64,000 nt of DNA, from NCBI GenBank assembly GCA_965153355.1, contig OZ231126.1:1488001-1552000 (forward strand), read 5' to 3'. Source of the DNA: Flaccisagitta enflata (taxonomy: Eukaryota). This document shows positions 51,398-64,000 of this stretch, piece after piece; within the stretch, counting starts at the first letter, position 1; each line of letters starts with the position of its first letter. Below the pieces are notes generated by a model, which worked only from the letters and a program-made list of their open reading frames with translations, did not search any database and was not told the DNA's origin. The position numbers were made by a program, and so were the translations under genes.

Positions 51398-52094
51398 AAC
51401 AGGTCGCCCAAGGGCAATATGTGGTCAGCGATACCCGTTGCCCTGCTTTGAGTGATTGTGATTTGGAGGGAGGGGGAAGCAGGGCAGCTGCCCCAAAGGG
51501 GACAAAGTCCTGTAGAACACAGGGGGACTTTTGTTCGTCCTGCCTGAGAAAGGGGATGAGATGCTATAGAGGGCTGACCAAAGGCCTTCAAGAGCCTAAA
51601 CTGAGGTCTAAGAAGGTTGATATAAGGCCTAAGAATGCCAATTGGAAGCTTGAGAGGGCTGACTTGCGGCTCGGGAGAGCTGGTCCAAGGCTTGAAATCA
51701 GAGGACTGATTTGAAGCTTGAGAGCAATAGATTGAGGCTTAGATTGCTGATTTGAGGCCTGAGAGGCCAGGTTTGAGGCCTGAGAATTTGGATTTGAGGT
51801 CTGAGAGGTCTAATTTGAGGCTTAAGAGGCCAGATTTGAGGCCTGAGAGGTTGAATTTGAGGCCTGAGAGGCAAGATTTGAGGCCTGAGAGGCGAGATTT
51901 GAGGCCTGAGAGGCGAGATTTGAGGCCTGAGAGGCGAGATTTGAGGCCTGAGAGACCAGTTTTGAGGCCTGAGAGGCCGGATTTGAGGCCTAAGGGGCCT
52001 GAGGGGGGACAGACGAACGGACTAACAAACGGACGAACGAAAGTCCCCCTGTGTTCTACAGGACTTCGTCCCCTTCGGGGCCGCTGCCCAAAAA
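51398..52094 (-). mobile_element. Helentron-like element, family B
   Basis: Colinear with 25574-26233: same termini, inverted repeat pair and 21-bp minisatellite. Confidence 0.85.
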
Positions 52095-52627
52095 TAGTAT
52101 TTGTGACTGAAAATCTTTTGCAGAGAGTGAATGTGAGAAACACAAAATGAGCAAACTTAATTAGGACTGCTAACGAACAATCTTTGAATTAATCATCGTT
52201 GGTCAGTTAATTTAGATCATTAATCATCGTTAATCGTTAATTTTAAGCTAATTTTACAGTAATGAAAGCTGATATAAAACTATTTACCACAATACCAAAA
52301 ATGGAAAAAAATCATTTTTTCCTTGTTGATACACAGCTACTCAAGTCGGGTGCAGATGGGCTGGGGCAGAGATACAAAAACAGCTTAAAACACAAAAAAA
52401 AAAAAAAAAAAAAAAAGATTTTTTTTACTGACTGATAGACAGACCAATAGACCAGCCCTGTGCCAACAGACAGCGTGTTAGAGTCACTTGCACAGAAAAT
52501 GAGAAATGAGAAGAAAAAAACAGAGAGAATCAACAATATGATTGCAATGTCAAAATGCATGTTTAATTGTTATTGTTACATAGTCGTATGATGATGATTT
52601 TTTTTGCTCAAACCCGCAAAAAAAGAG

Positions 52628-52658
<31 letters not shown>

Positions 52659-52662
52659 AAAA

Positions 52663-52738
<76 letters not shown>

Positions 52739-53263
52739 AAAAAAAAAAAAAAAAAAAAGAAAGAAAAAAAAAAGAAAGGAAGAAAGAGTACAACAACAAC
52801 AAAATGTAGGATATCGATACTTAAGAAGGCCTATCGATCATGAGATTTTTTTTTTCAGGAGAACCCTATGGGGGTCAATTATACAGCATTAAAGGGGCAA
52901 AGTTGTCACTCTCTTGATAGCCCGGGATAAACGTGACATGTCAGGTCACGCCATACTAGAAAATTTTCATTGGATAAAAAGGTGAGTTACCTCTTAACTT
53001 AAGGGATGAAAAAAGTTTCATACCCTTGTATGGCTGGGGTCAATTTTTATTTTCTACTTTTTTGCCCTACACATAATGAGGCTATAATCAGAAATTGTAT
53101 TGACATAGTTTGCGTCATGAAAGTATCAGAATCAGCCCAGCTCGAAATCCACTGTGGTTCGACGCTTTTTTCATGATTCATAAGTGGAGCGAACAAAAAA
53201 TGTCAATGTAGAATTATCCGTTGCTCACATTGCTTCATCTTATCAGTTCCTCAGTTGCCGAAG

Positions 53264-53832
53264 TTTTTAGTCGCGTGCTACGCGACTCTACACCCCGCTT
53301 TGTCCGTCGGTCGGTCGGTCGGTCCGTCGGTTGGTCGGTTGGTCACACTTTACTTTTTTTATTCGTTTTATTCCTACTTACTCATTTTAAGTCAATTAGA
53401 TTATTTAAAGTTAAATTAGATCATTTTTAGTCATTTTAGGTCATTTTAGGTCATTTTAAGTCAGTTTAAGTCAATTTTAGTTATTTGAGTTATTTTAATA
53501 GTTTTGATCATTTTAGTGATTTTAGGTCAATTTAAGTCAATTTAGGTCAGTTGAATTCAATTTAAGTCATTCTAGGTCAATTTAAGTCATTTAAAGTCAT
53601 TTTAAGTCAATTTTTGTTATTTAAGTCAATTTAAGTCATTTTAGTCACTTAGTCATTTTTGTCATTTTAGGTCAATTTAAGTCAATTTAGGTCATTTTAA
53701 GTCATTTTAGGTCATTTCATATCATTTAAAGTCATCTTATGTCAATTGAATTCAATGAAAGTCATTTTAGTTATGTGGTTATGTAATTAAGTAATTATGT
53801 CTCGCACGCGACTTATAGGTGTTGGCCTTGTT
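53264..53832 (+). mobile_element. Complete family A element with an internal degenerate (GTCATTTTAG)n minisatellite
   Basis: 5' TTTTTAGTCGCGTGCTACGCGACT; 3' GCACGCGACTTATAGGTGTTGGCCTTGTT. Confidence 0.8.
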
Positions 53833-54035
53833 TTTCTTTTTCTTGATTTTTTTTATTTCACTCGGGTAATTATTTAGTTGCTACAAGATATCAAGCTATG
53901 TTTTAATCATTTGGACAATGTCAGTTCCACGTCGATGCGCTTGGGAGTGAAAATGCATCAGGGACAACACCGATGCCTAGAGGTGAGCCAAAGAGAGCGA
54001 GAGAGCGGGAGAGCGAGAGAGTGGGAGAGCGAGAG

Positions 54036-54100
<65 letters not shown>

Positions 54101-54600
54101 CAGAGAGACAGACAGAGAGATGGACCTACAGACAGACAGACAGAAAGAGACAGAAAAAGAGAGACAGACAGAGACAGACAGACAGACAGATAGAGACAGA
54201 CAGACAGACAGACAGACAGAGACAGACAGACAGACAGACAGACAGATAGAGACAGACAGACAGACAGACAGACAGATAGAGACAGACAGATAGAGACAGA
54301 CCGACAGACAATTAGGGACAGACAGACAGACAGAGACAGACAGACAAAAAATAGACAGACATTAACAGACAGTTGCAGTAACAAACAATTTGGACAGCTG
54401 TCCGATGTTCTGATGGATAAAGTAACCGATCAATTGATGAAGCAAAAAGTTTCCTTTTGCTACTCATTAGGTGCGATTGCGACAGAATGGGTATTGGAAG
54501 GTCTCCCTATGAATCGTATCCTGTAGATAACGTGGGCAAGAAGAGCTGTTGTGGACAACTGGATATTATCAATCTACGAATGGTATGAAGTCCTTGTTAA

Positions 54601-55330
54601 TTTTTTGTCGCGTGCTACACGACTCTACACCCCGCTTTGTCGGTCCATCCGTCAGTCCGTCTGTCGGTCCATCTGTCGGTCTGTCCGTCACATTTTACTT
54701 TTTCTGGGTTTTTGCGGTCTATGGCCTCACTGCTCCTGCCCAAGTGACCTCAAATATGGCCCCTGCCCACCCGCACGCGACTGGGGTAGCCGTGTTTCTG
54801 ACCTTGTTAATTGTGGACACGCAATTCTATAAGAGTTTTTTGTTGAATTTGGCATATTTGTACAGCTGTAGAATAAAGGATTGAAATTTAAAACTGGCAT
54901 ATGCAAGTCAATTCATGTAAAATATGGTTGTTGGTAGTTTTATTGAAAATATTAAAACAAAAATTTTCATTAAATTTCATTTTATAAATTTCATGACTTA
55001 TCTAGCTCGGGTAGCAAATTCTATGGTAATTTTCAGTGCGTCAAATATTATTCCTATTTGAGCGCGATGGACCGACTGACCGACAGACAGAGCCTCTGAA
55101 TTCTAATAGAGGTGCTATGGCGAACCTAAAAAGAATAAGTTTTTTAGCCGCATGCACGCGACTCTACATCCTGCTTTGTCCGTCCATCCGTTGGTTGGTC
55201 GATCACACTTTACTTTTTTCAGGATTTTTATTTTTTTACCTCACTGCTCCTGCCCAAATGGTCTAGTGACCTTATATATCGCCCCTGCCCACCAACACGC
55301 GACATGGGTTGCCGCGTATCCGGCCTTGTT
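54601..55330 (+). mobile_element. Two family A DINE-1/Helentron-like elements (54601-54808, 55140-55330)
   Basis: Same terminal structure as 13373 and 30106. Confidence 0.8.
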
Positions 55331-55776
55331 TTTTTCCATAGGTGGTAAATAAGTGGTTAGGTTATGTAAATTTCCTTTGCTCTTTACAGAAACGGAAAAA
55401 AATGTCAAGAAGAAAACGGCACGAAAGATCAAATTCTGGCTGGTTGCTACTGGAACAGTCGTCGCAAACCTTTAATCTCATTTTTGGGAGTGATTCTGAA
55501 ATGATTCTTTGTAATAATGATAATATGTAATTGACCAAATATGTGCAATAGCGATACACCTAGATTGAAACAAACTGTTGTCCCGTAAGGCGTGTTAACC
55601 TTAACGCTGTAATGGATACTGTAGAGAATTTTCTTAGTCGCACATGCATACACAAACGCACTCGCAGACACCCACGCAAACCCTGAGTTCCAGACACCCA
55701 AACACAGTCACACGGGCATATGCACTGAAATGCAGGCACACTTACACAGACACACACACACAGAAACACACACACA

Positions 55777-55935
<159 letters not shown>

Positions 55936-55940
55936 TGCTT

Positions 55941-56145
<205 letters not shown>

Positions 56146-56469
56146 GGAATCTATAGATAGAAAGATAAATACTCATTTGATGTAAGGATGGCATAGCTAA
56201 AAAGATAGATATACTGACCAATTAGTAAAGGCCGTGTTGCATCAGGGTTATTGAGTAGTTTCTGTCAGTTGGTTGGTCTGTTGGTCGGTTCACTATGTAC
56301 ATCGATCTCTGTGTTTTCGCTTTGCCTGCCCAGCCTAAATGCCTGAATGGCCTACTACGTCACTGCTCCTGTCCACCTGCAAACCTTGTTTTTACTCATG
56401 TGCTATCTATGAGTCACAATTTGGTCTGTCCGTCCGTTGGTTTGTTCATTGTTCAGACATTTTTGTCAC

Positions 56470-56762
56470 TTTTTAGATGCGTATGTCAGGAACGCATCTC
56501 TATAAGAGAGTCTGTCCGTCGGTCGGTCCGTCCGTCCGTCCGTCCGTCCATCCGTTGGTCCGTCCATAACGCCTGTGCAAAAACCGCGTTTCTCGGCTGT
56601 TTTAGGCCACGGTGAGATCCTACACTGGAACAAATGATAATCCAACATGTTTTGAGTCTTCTCATCCGTCTGTTCATCCATTTGTCACTCCATACATATG
56701 TCACATGATCAATACACGCTGAGACACAGCCCGGACGCATCGTTGCCAGTTCGGGCTTATTT
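56470..56762 (+). mobile_element. DINE-1-like element, GATGCG/CGCATC subfamily
   Basis: 5' TTTTTAGATGCG..CGCATCT, (GTCC)n, 3' GGACGCATC plus a degenerate hairpin. Confidence 0.7.
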
Positions 56763-57140
56763 TTTGCTCCGCACGCTCTACACGTGCTTACCTGTCCTTC
56801 CGGATTATTGCTCCTACACATGACCGAAGTATTGCCGTCTGTCGGTTTTTCTTTTTTTTTTTTTTTTTTCACCAAGTCATTGACCCAAGAAAACCTACTT
56901 GAGGTTTTTTGACCGACTCACTGTTCATGCAGTGGTGAATGGGCACAGATTTAAACTCAGCTCAGTCAGGGCTATCTACTGAATTTTTTGTGTGCAATTT
57001 AAAAATTTTCTGTAGGCCATCTTAAGACACATTCAAAGACAAAGAAAAAGAAAGGAATGAAGATAGAAAGAAAGAAAGAACGAAAGGAGGAGAGAAAGAA
57101 AGAAAGAAAGAGAGAAAGAAAGAAAGAAAGAAAGAAAGGA

Positions 57141-57208
<68 letters not shown>

Positions 57209-57709
57209 GAAAAAAAAAGAAGCAATTGCAAAGAACACTTGAGAATTTTGTCCATTTGCGTTGGTAAAAATGCGAACCTAAGTCACATTTCAGCTTAGAG
57301 TTAGGATCATGATTAACGATTAAATTCTTTTGACTTGTTTGATAATTGATTTGCTAATTGATCGTTAATTAATCGTTAATTGATAACGATTATACATCCC
57401 TAAACTTAATGTGCACATGTGAGCTTCAGAATGGAACTTTTCCTGAGATTTGCTCATATCATACAAATGGCTTATCAGGGCTCTTTCAGACTGATTCTTT
57501 AAAATACTCACTCAAAAACACTTCCAAAGAACTTAAGAGAGCTGTTGTTCTTGAATAGTAATGTATCTTTATAATTGTAGATTTTTTTTCTTTTTTGCCT
57601 AAGTAGTAGAGGAAAGCAGAGTGCTCTCAGGTTACTATTTTTATAGTTATCTACTTTTCAATCTTTTGATCACTTCATCATGAAAATGGGATAGATCTTA
57701 AGTTGAATA

Positions 57710-58661
57710 ACAGGGTGTCCAAAAAATTTGGCAAAAAAATAACTGCACATAAACCATAGTTCTAGGCAACGCAGCAAGCTCAAATTTAGTGTTTATTATC
57801 TTAATTGGTTCTACTTGATGTTAGAGTGCACAGTTTTTCATAAGAGTTCCCCTGGTTTCATAGGAAAGGAATTATGCCACAGACAAACTTTGTAACTTTG
57901 TGGGATTTTTACAAATAAAACATGGCAGAAAGTAGCAACCATTTAGCTATAATTGATATAGAATTTTGTATCCAAATTGGATGATAAATTAGTGGGTTTG
58001 CGTCATTGAAGCAAGACAAGTTGGGTTCTAGTGAGGGATATTGTTCCACCTATCATACTACTCAGTACCTTGGATTGGAATGTCCGGCGGTCGCATTAAG
58101 CTTGACCTCAATTCTATCCTCTAAGGGTATGGTTTCTTAACAATGTTGCCCTTGGGTGATGTGTTGAATTTTGGTTAACTAGGTAACAATAATTTGCCCT
58201 TAACTACTTTTGTTAAGCAGTTTGCTTTTTGGGTAGATGAAAAGGGATGTTTTTCAGATTCTGTTTTGTGGAAAACTAGGAGTGGTGCGCGTATTAACTA
58301 GTCAGTGAGGGTTCACAAGGCCCTCTTCCATTTGTTTCAGTTGGGTTCTAGTGAGGGATATTGTTCCACCTATCATCTTACTCGAAATTGGCTCAAAGTA
58401 TTAAAGTATGTCCACTAAATTCATTCTAATCTACTATCAATTTTTTTTTACCATTAAAGCCAATTTTTTCCTGACATCTTAAAGTGAACCTCTTCTTCAT
58501 TAAACTGATCTTTTATCATAGTTTTTTGCTGCCTGTTGGATAATAAACATTCACAACTAACCAACCTTTTTGTTAGACCATTTTTTTCATAGAATTTATC
58601 AATTCAAAAAAGTTTTTAAATGTCCTTTTTTGAATTTTGCCAAATCTATTGGACACCCTGT
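57710..58661. mobile_element. Tc1/mariner-type non-autonomous element with TA TSD
   Basis: TA|ACAGGGTGTCCAAAAAATTTGGCAAAA ... TTTTGCCAAATCTATTGGACACCCTGT|TA; internal ~38-bp duplication at 58020 and 58339. Confidence 0.85.
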
Positions 58662-60304
58662 TAAATGCGCCATTTTCTTTAAATTGCGTGTTAAAGGGAC
58701 CTTTCCATATACACCTTTTCAGGGAAACTCTGTTGGATGGGATGGAAGACTTGTGTGTCGACAAATCTGAAAACTTTCACCAAATCTTTTAAAGATTTAA
58801 AAAATCTTTCAGAAAGTAAAATTCACACTACATTCTACGTTTCTATAGGACTTTTACAATCTTGGTTATTTGCAATGGAATGTAATTCTGATGTCTTCAC
58901 TGACTTATAGATACACTGTAAATTCACTGATTCATAGACAGGTTGGTCTTGCTTTAAACCTCAAACTGGTGACAAAACAATTTGAGGGCATCTAGTTGAG
59001 TAAAGAATCAGGTTCCCTTGCATTTTAGCCAAAAAAGTTAATCCTTGGTCTCAAATCAAATCGAGGTAAGGTTTTGGCTGGTGACATATCTCGATTTTTT
59101 ATGTTACAACTGAGTTGGTACACCCTGTGGAAGATGTAAAACTACATATATGATACATTTGAAAGGTTTTTTCAAAGATCAATTTTGAATAAAAAAGCCA
59201 ATTAGTATACTGTCTACATACTTTTTCTCTAGCTAGTAACTAAGAAAATACCATTTTTATGGCATTTTACAGCTATTTACAGCATTTTCTTGAATAAATG
59301 TCTCTATTTTGCTTTTTCAGTAACTTTTCTCACTTATCATTACTTGTGTTTATTTTCTTGTATTGGTTGAACAGGTGCTTCATTCTTTTTGGTTTTGCAA
59401 TACAGGTGTCATCAAGGAGACGCCCATTTTGATGTAACTTTTTTCAAAGATGCCTAGCTACTGATCAATACAGGGTTTTTATACAGATGAAATAAATCCG
59501 ATCAAATTGTAGTTTTTAACCCATTTTATCATTCAAAAAGATTTCAAAACAAATGAGTAGCGCTGGTAATTCCAAACCTTCATTATTTCTTTTATTTCAG
59601 TTAAGTTTAAGAACACAATTTCACGACATGAAAATTGTAGCAATTGCCAAAATAAAGAAAAGAACTCATAAGCTAGAAAATAGGGCTGGAAACATGGCTA
59701 AGACGGCGAGCATCTGACAGCAAGATTTAGTGTGTCAACGGGGGTGAAAAAAGAAAATTCTATGAGAATAAAAGTAAAAAAAAACATAAAAAGAATCCTT
59801 GAGGTATATCCTAGTGAATATTTCATTGCAAAATTTGCATCCAAATAGCAAAAAAGAGTAAGTTAACATTAACTAATTATTTTTACTGAAAAATATTCAA
59901 AATTCAATAATTTGTTCACTGATAGGAGGTTTGTCAAAATTATAACTTTGCATGGAAAATGAAAAAACTCAAAAATGAAGAACATAGCCCCCTTCCAAAC
60001 TTAATTATGGAGGGGGCTAAGTTCTTAGAAATGCAAAATTTCTTTGCATTTGTGAGTCTTATAATTTTGACAGCAGCAATGAGATAAAAAATGTAAGCAC
60101 AATTTTCTTAAAAATCCTTTTTTCTTTTGCTTTTCTCATATGAATTGCTGATTTAAAGGTTCATTTGAGGTCAGCTTACGGCAGAGACATACACATTGAG
60201 TATTTCTGGAGACAATTTGTCTCATGAAAATATCTGTTGCATCACAATTAATCAACTATAGTTGAAAAAATGGGGTGAAACACTAATTGTTGACATCAAT
60301 TGCT

Positions 60305-60900
60305 CGCCGTCCTAACTCAATCGCGTGGAGGAGGGCAGGCGCTGTATCTGTGGTCACTAGAGCATTTGAGCAGGAGCAGTGAGGTCAAAGAATAAAAAAA
60401 GTGCATAAAGAAAGTTAAGTGTGACTGACCGACCAACCAACTGATTGGCGGATGGACAAACGGACAAGCGGACAAAGGAATGGACGGACAGACGAAGTGG
60501 GGTGTCGTGTCATGCTACATGTGACTAAAAACCCAGAGCCCAGATTTTTCCGAGTTGTCTCTCAAGTTCCGGACCCGCAAATCATCTTGCACTCCTCCAT
60601 TGTATTAAAAACGTTTCCTTCGCCCCCGCAACCACCAGATTTGACGCAAGTCCCTCTTGAGGCGTTGAAGTAATATTGAACATAGGATGCTCTGCACATG
60701 CTCGTGGGCTTTGGTTCGTAGCAGAAGTTGGGTTTGCCAATCTGGGGATAGTTTCAAGTATAACAGGGCCAACACCTTTAAGTCGCGTGTGGGACATAAA
60801 TAACTTAAGATGTCTTTAAATGACTCGGGATGACTTAAAATGACTCAAGATGACCCAAAATGACTTAAAAAGCCTATAAATGACTTAAACGACCAAATTG
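60305..60900 (-). mobile_element. Degenerate family A element (about 60305-60531) and the 3' fragment of a minisatellite-type copy (60762 to about 60900)
   Basis: AACAGGGCCAACACCTTTAAGTCGCGTGTGGGACAT is close to the reverse complement of the 53795-53832 terminus. Confidence 0.6.
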
Positions 60901-61289
60901 ACCTGATTGACTTGAGTGAATCAATCCAATCTGGTATCTGTAGCTCAAACCGTTTGGACATGAACATGATTTAAAGAAAAATTTCCAGGATGAAGAATGC
61001 ATTGACTGTAAATATTCATCTTATTACAAATATATATCATAGCCCAACTACTCAACTTACACCAATGTAATTTTTACAGTAGATGCACACTAGCCCTAAT
61101 ACACCACCTATCAAGCTCTTAAGCCTATCTCAACTCTATCCACCCATAACCACCACCTTCAACCATAGATGTCATCTAGACTTGAAAATACGGGGGAATT
61201 GATTACAGGAAGACAAATAAACTTAAGAGACTGATATTTGGAATACAGACTACTAAAAGGATGCTTTATAGTTTTATCGCCCATGGGTG

Positions 61290-62716
61290 TTGGTTGCAAT
61301 AGAAACACATTTCCATGCATTCATGCTAAAGTATAAGAATGATTCATTGTGATTTGCAACATAACAATCATACTTTTTTGAAAATCGCTCATTAAGGCTT
61401 TCAACTCTTTCTATGATATTCGGTGTGCTGTTTTGACGGAAACTGTTCATGAAGGAATTTGCAATATCCTTTTTGGTAGAACATCCATTGACAACAGGCG
61501 CAAGATGGCAACTGTTTTTATTATAGAGTTTCCTCCATGATTTCCAGAAAGAGTTTGTGTCACTTTCAGCTGAAGAAGAACGAGACGATCCCAAGCAGCT
61601 TGTTTGGGAGCTCGTTGTGCTGCACGAATGGTACATTTGTAGGCTGCACGCACGCGAAGACGCTCCTAATGAGTTGGGCCTTGACTAGGGCGACCTTGAC
61701 TAATCCAAAGTTGCTGAATTTCAATGGATTTTTGCTTCAAATCTGTCAGAGCATCTGTCCACCAGTCTTTTTCGACGCCTGGTTTGAATTTTGGTAGAAT
61801 GTCATCTGCTAACTTAAACAAATTGACAAGGCTATCATATTCCTGCTGAATGGCTTCATGACAATTGCAATTTCGACATCTGCAAACGTGTTGACACTGA
61901 GACAGTTGTGGTGTTTGTGGAGTGGAAGACACAAGTGAATGAAGAAAAGCCACATAATTCGATTTATCCTGATTACTTAACTTCTCCCACTTCAATTTTG
62001 GCTTTGGCATTGGCATTGGCATTGGCATTGGCATTGGCATTGGCATTGGCATTGGCATTGGCGTAATTGTTGGTGATTCGCTCCTTTGAATTTAGGTCTT
62101 TAAAGACATAAGAATTGGAAATTGGTCGGACAAATTGTCCCCTTCCTCAATGACTCTATGGTCTGAAAGCCTGTCTCTATTGCAAAGAGAGGCACTTACA
62201 ATAAAGGGGTCACTCCATTTCTTTTGATCAAGAGAATTGTGATTATACGTAATTGTTGAGTCTGGGAAGTACTCATCGCAAGATGATAAATGGTATTTAC
62301 TTGAGAACTCATCCCAAAGCGGGTCAAAAGGCAATTCTCCCTTCATTTTGGTGTGGAAATATAGTTTGGCGATCTAGCTATTAGATAACGGTTCAATTAG
62401 GTTCAATTAATTAATTAATAATCGCGAATATAGGTTCGGTTTGGATACTGCTATAACCGACTTTCCGATGCGGTTATTATCGATTTTTTTTTCTTCACAA
62501 ACTGACTTCTTTTTTGCATGAGGTAAAATTGTTCGTGTTGATCATCCAAGAATAGCAATAATGTTTGAAGGAAAAAAATGATGCATTATTTTCATTTTAG
62601 TCTCTCATTTATATTTAATTCATTTCTGCATATAATTTTTTTTCATATATATTTTTTTTAGAAAGAATAAGAAAAAAATCACAAAATATGATGGATGCAT
62701 ATGTCAAAAGAAAGAA

Positions 62717-62813
<97 letters not shown>

Positions 62814-64000
62814 CACAGAGACATACAGACAGACCGAGACAGATAGACATACAGACAGACCAAGACAGATAGACACACAGACAGATAGACAGACAGATAG
62901 AATGATGAATAGATCGACATAGAGAAAAGCAAAGTTCACAGGCGACTTTTTGGTAGGAGGAGGAAGAGGAGGAAGTGGAACAGGAAGAGGAAGAGAAGAA
63001 CGGTCTGTAGCCATAACCGATCGTAACCGCATCAATGAGTAGCAATCGATAATCCGGGTGACAGCTATTTACTAATCGTCACAAATGGTATTTACTTGAG
63101 AACTCATCCCAGGCGATTCTCCCTTCATTTCGGTGTTGAAATCACCACCAATGATAATTTGATGATGAGGATGGTGTCCAATGATGTTATCCAACATTGC
63201 AATTGCATCTATTGTTTCTGTTAAGCATTCTGCACGTTGAGCTGCATTTCAAAAAGGTATGTAGATGCAAATCAGTATGAATTTTTCTTCACCAGAATCG
63301 AGCTCGACTCCAACTTTCCTCTTATGACAAAAATTCGAGATAGGGGAAATGATATGGTTGTAGCATTGAGACCAGGGTATAAGCCACTACATATCTTATC
63401 CTCCATGCCCAATGTGGCACAGAAATGCGTCCCGAGTTGATGCAGAAGTGGTAACTGCCGTTCAGAAAGCCACAGCTCCTGCCCAATCCATACACCTTGG
63501 TGTTTTTCCAAGCAGGATTTGTGATAGGCGCCGGTTTTTTAAATCCATGTAAGTTTTGAGAGCCAATATTCGAGTAAGAATCAGCGAAGATAAGAAGAGA
63601 ACAGAATAAGAAGATGAGTAGTGAAATCGATTCTACTGCGTGGCCCTTAATTCCACTGCCCGGCGTTGCTTGGCATCGCCCGGCGTCGTTTGGCGTCATC
63701 TGGTGCGATCCGGCGTCGTTTGGCGTCACCCGGCGTCGCCATTGTTTTTTCACTGCGCTTTTTTCGATCAAAATCCCAGTCTTTTATTCGATCCTTGGCT
63801 CTGTTTGCATGTTCTCTTGCAACACGGACCTTAGCTGTTTTTGTCCCTGGAATGTTTGTTTGCAGCATCCAGACATCTTTGACTTCAATGCCTGTTTCTT
63901 GCAAATGTCGTCGGACCTCATCTGCAGTTGTTTTTTCTTCTAACCAATAAACCGCGAACTGCCAGTAATCCTGTGATTGTTGGGGGACTCCTTTTAGACC
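61290..64000 (-). pseudogene. Decayed second APE-type LINE (ORF1 end, endonuclease and linker; RT absent here)
   Basis: Frameshifted pieces: IGSQNLHGFK, WIGQELWL, IIIGGDFNT, NLSDQFPI, KDWWTDALTDLK..S..W...GRP, FWKSW. Interrupted at 62361-63082 and runs off the window end. Confidence 0.8.

Overview
Repeat-saturated eukaryotic (probably invertebrate animal) genomic DNA. I found no prokaryotic genes, RNA genes or CRISPR arrays, and most ORFs in the track are microsatellite or minisatellite artefacts. Real content: (1) The 3' part of a spliced + strand host gene. Five phase-compatible GT-AG exons (7898-16884) give about 430 codons of low-complexity protein with an RVxF-like motif, and the last two exons both have tandemly duplicated splice acceptors. 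(2) A large (about 8.3 kb), apparently young APE-RT non-LTR retrotransposon on the - strand (about 39.4-47.7 kb). It has a ~1,070-codon gag-like ORF1 broken by one in-frame TAA, an intact ORF2 whose frame overlaps ORF1 in -1, an extra ORF3 downstream of RT, and a 5' end abutting the minisatellite of a Helentron/DINE-1-like element. (3) More than 20 DINE-1/Helentron-like non-autonomous elements of two families, including a five-element head-to-tail array and subfamilies with co-varying terminal hairpins. (4) Nested hAT-like elements (8-bp TSD) and Tc1/mariner-like MITEs (TA TSD). (5) Decayed remnants of a REL-type LINE, a Tc1-like transposase and a second APE LINE. All assignments come from reading motifs by eye; no searches were run.
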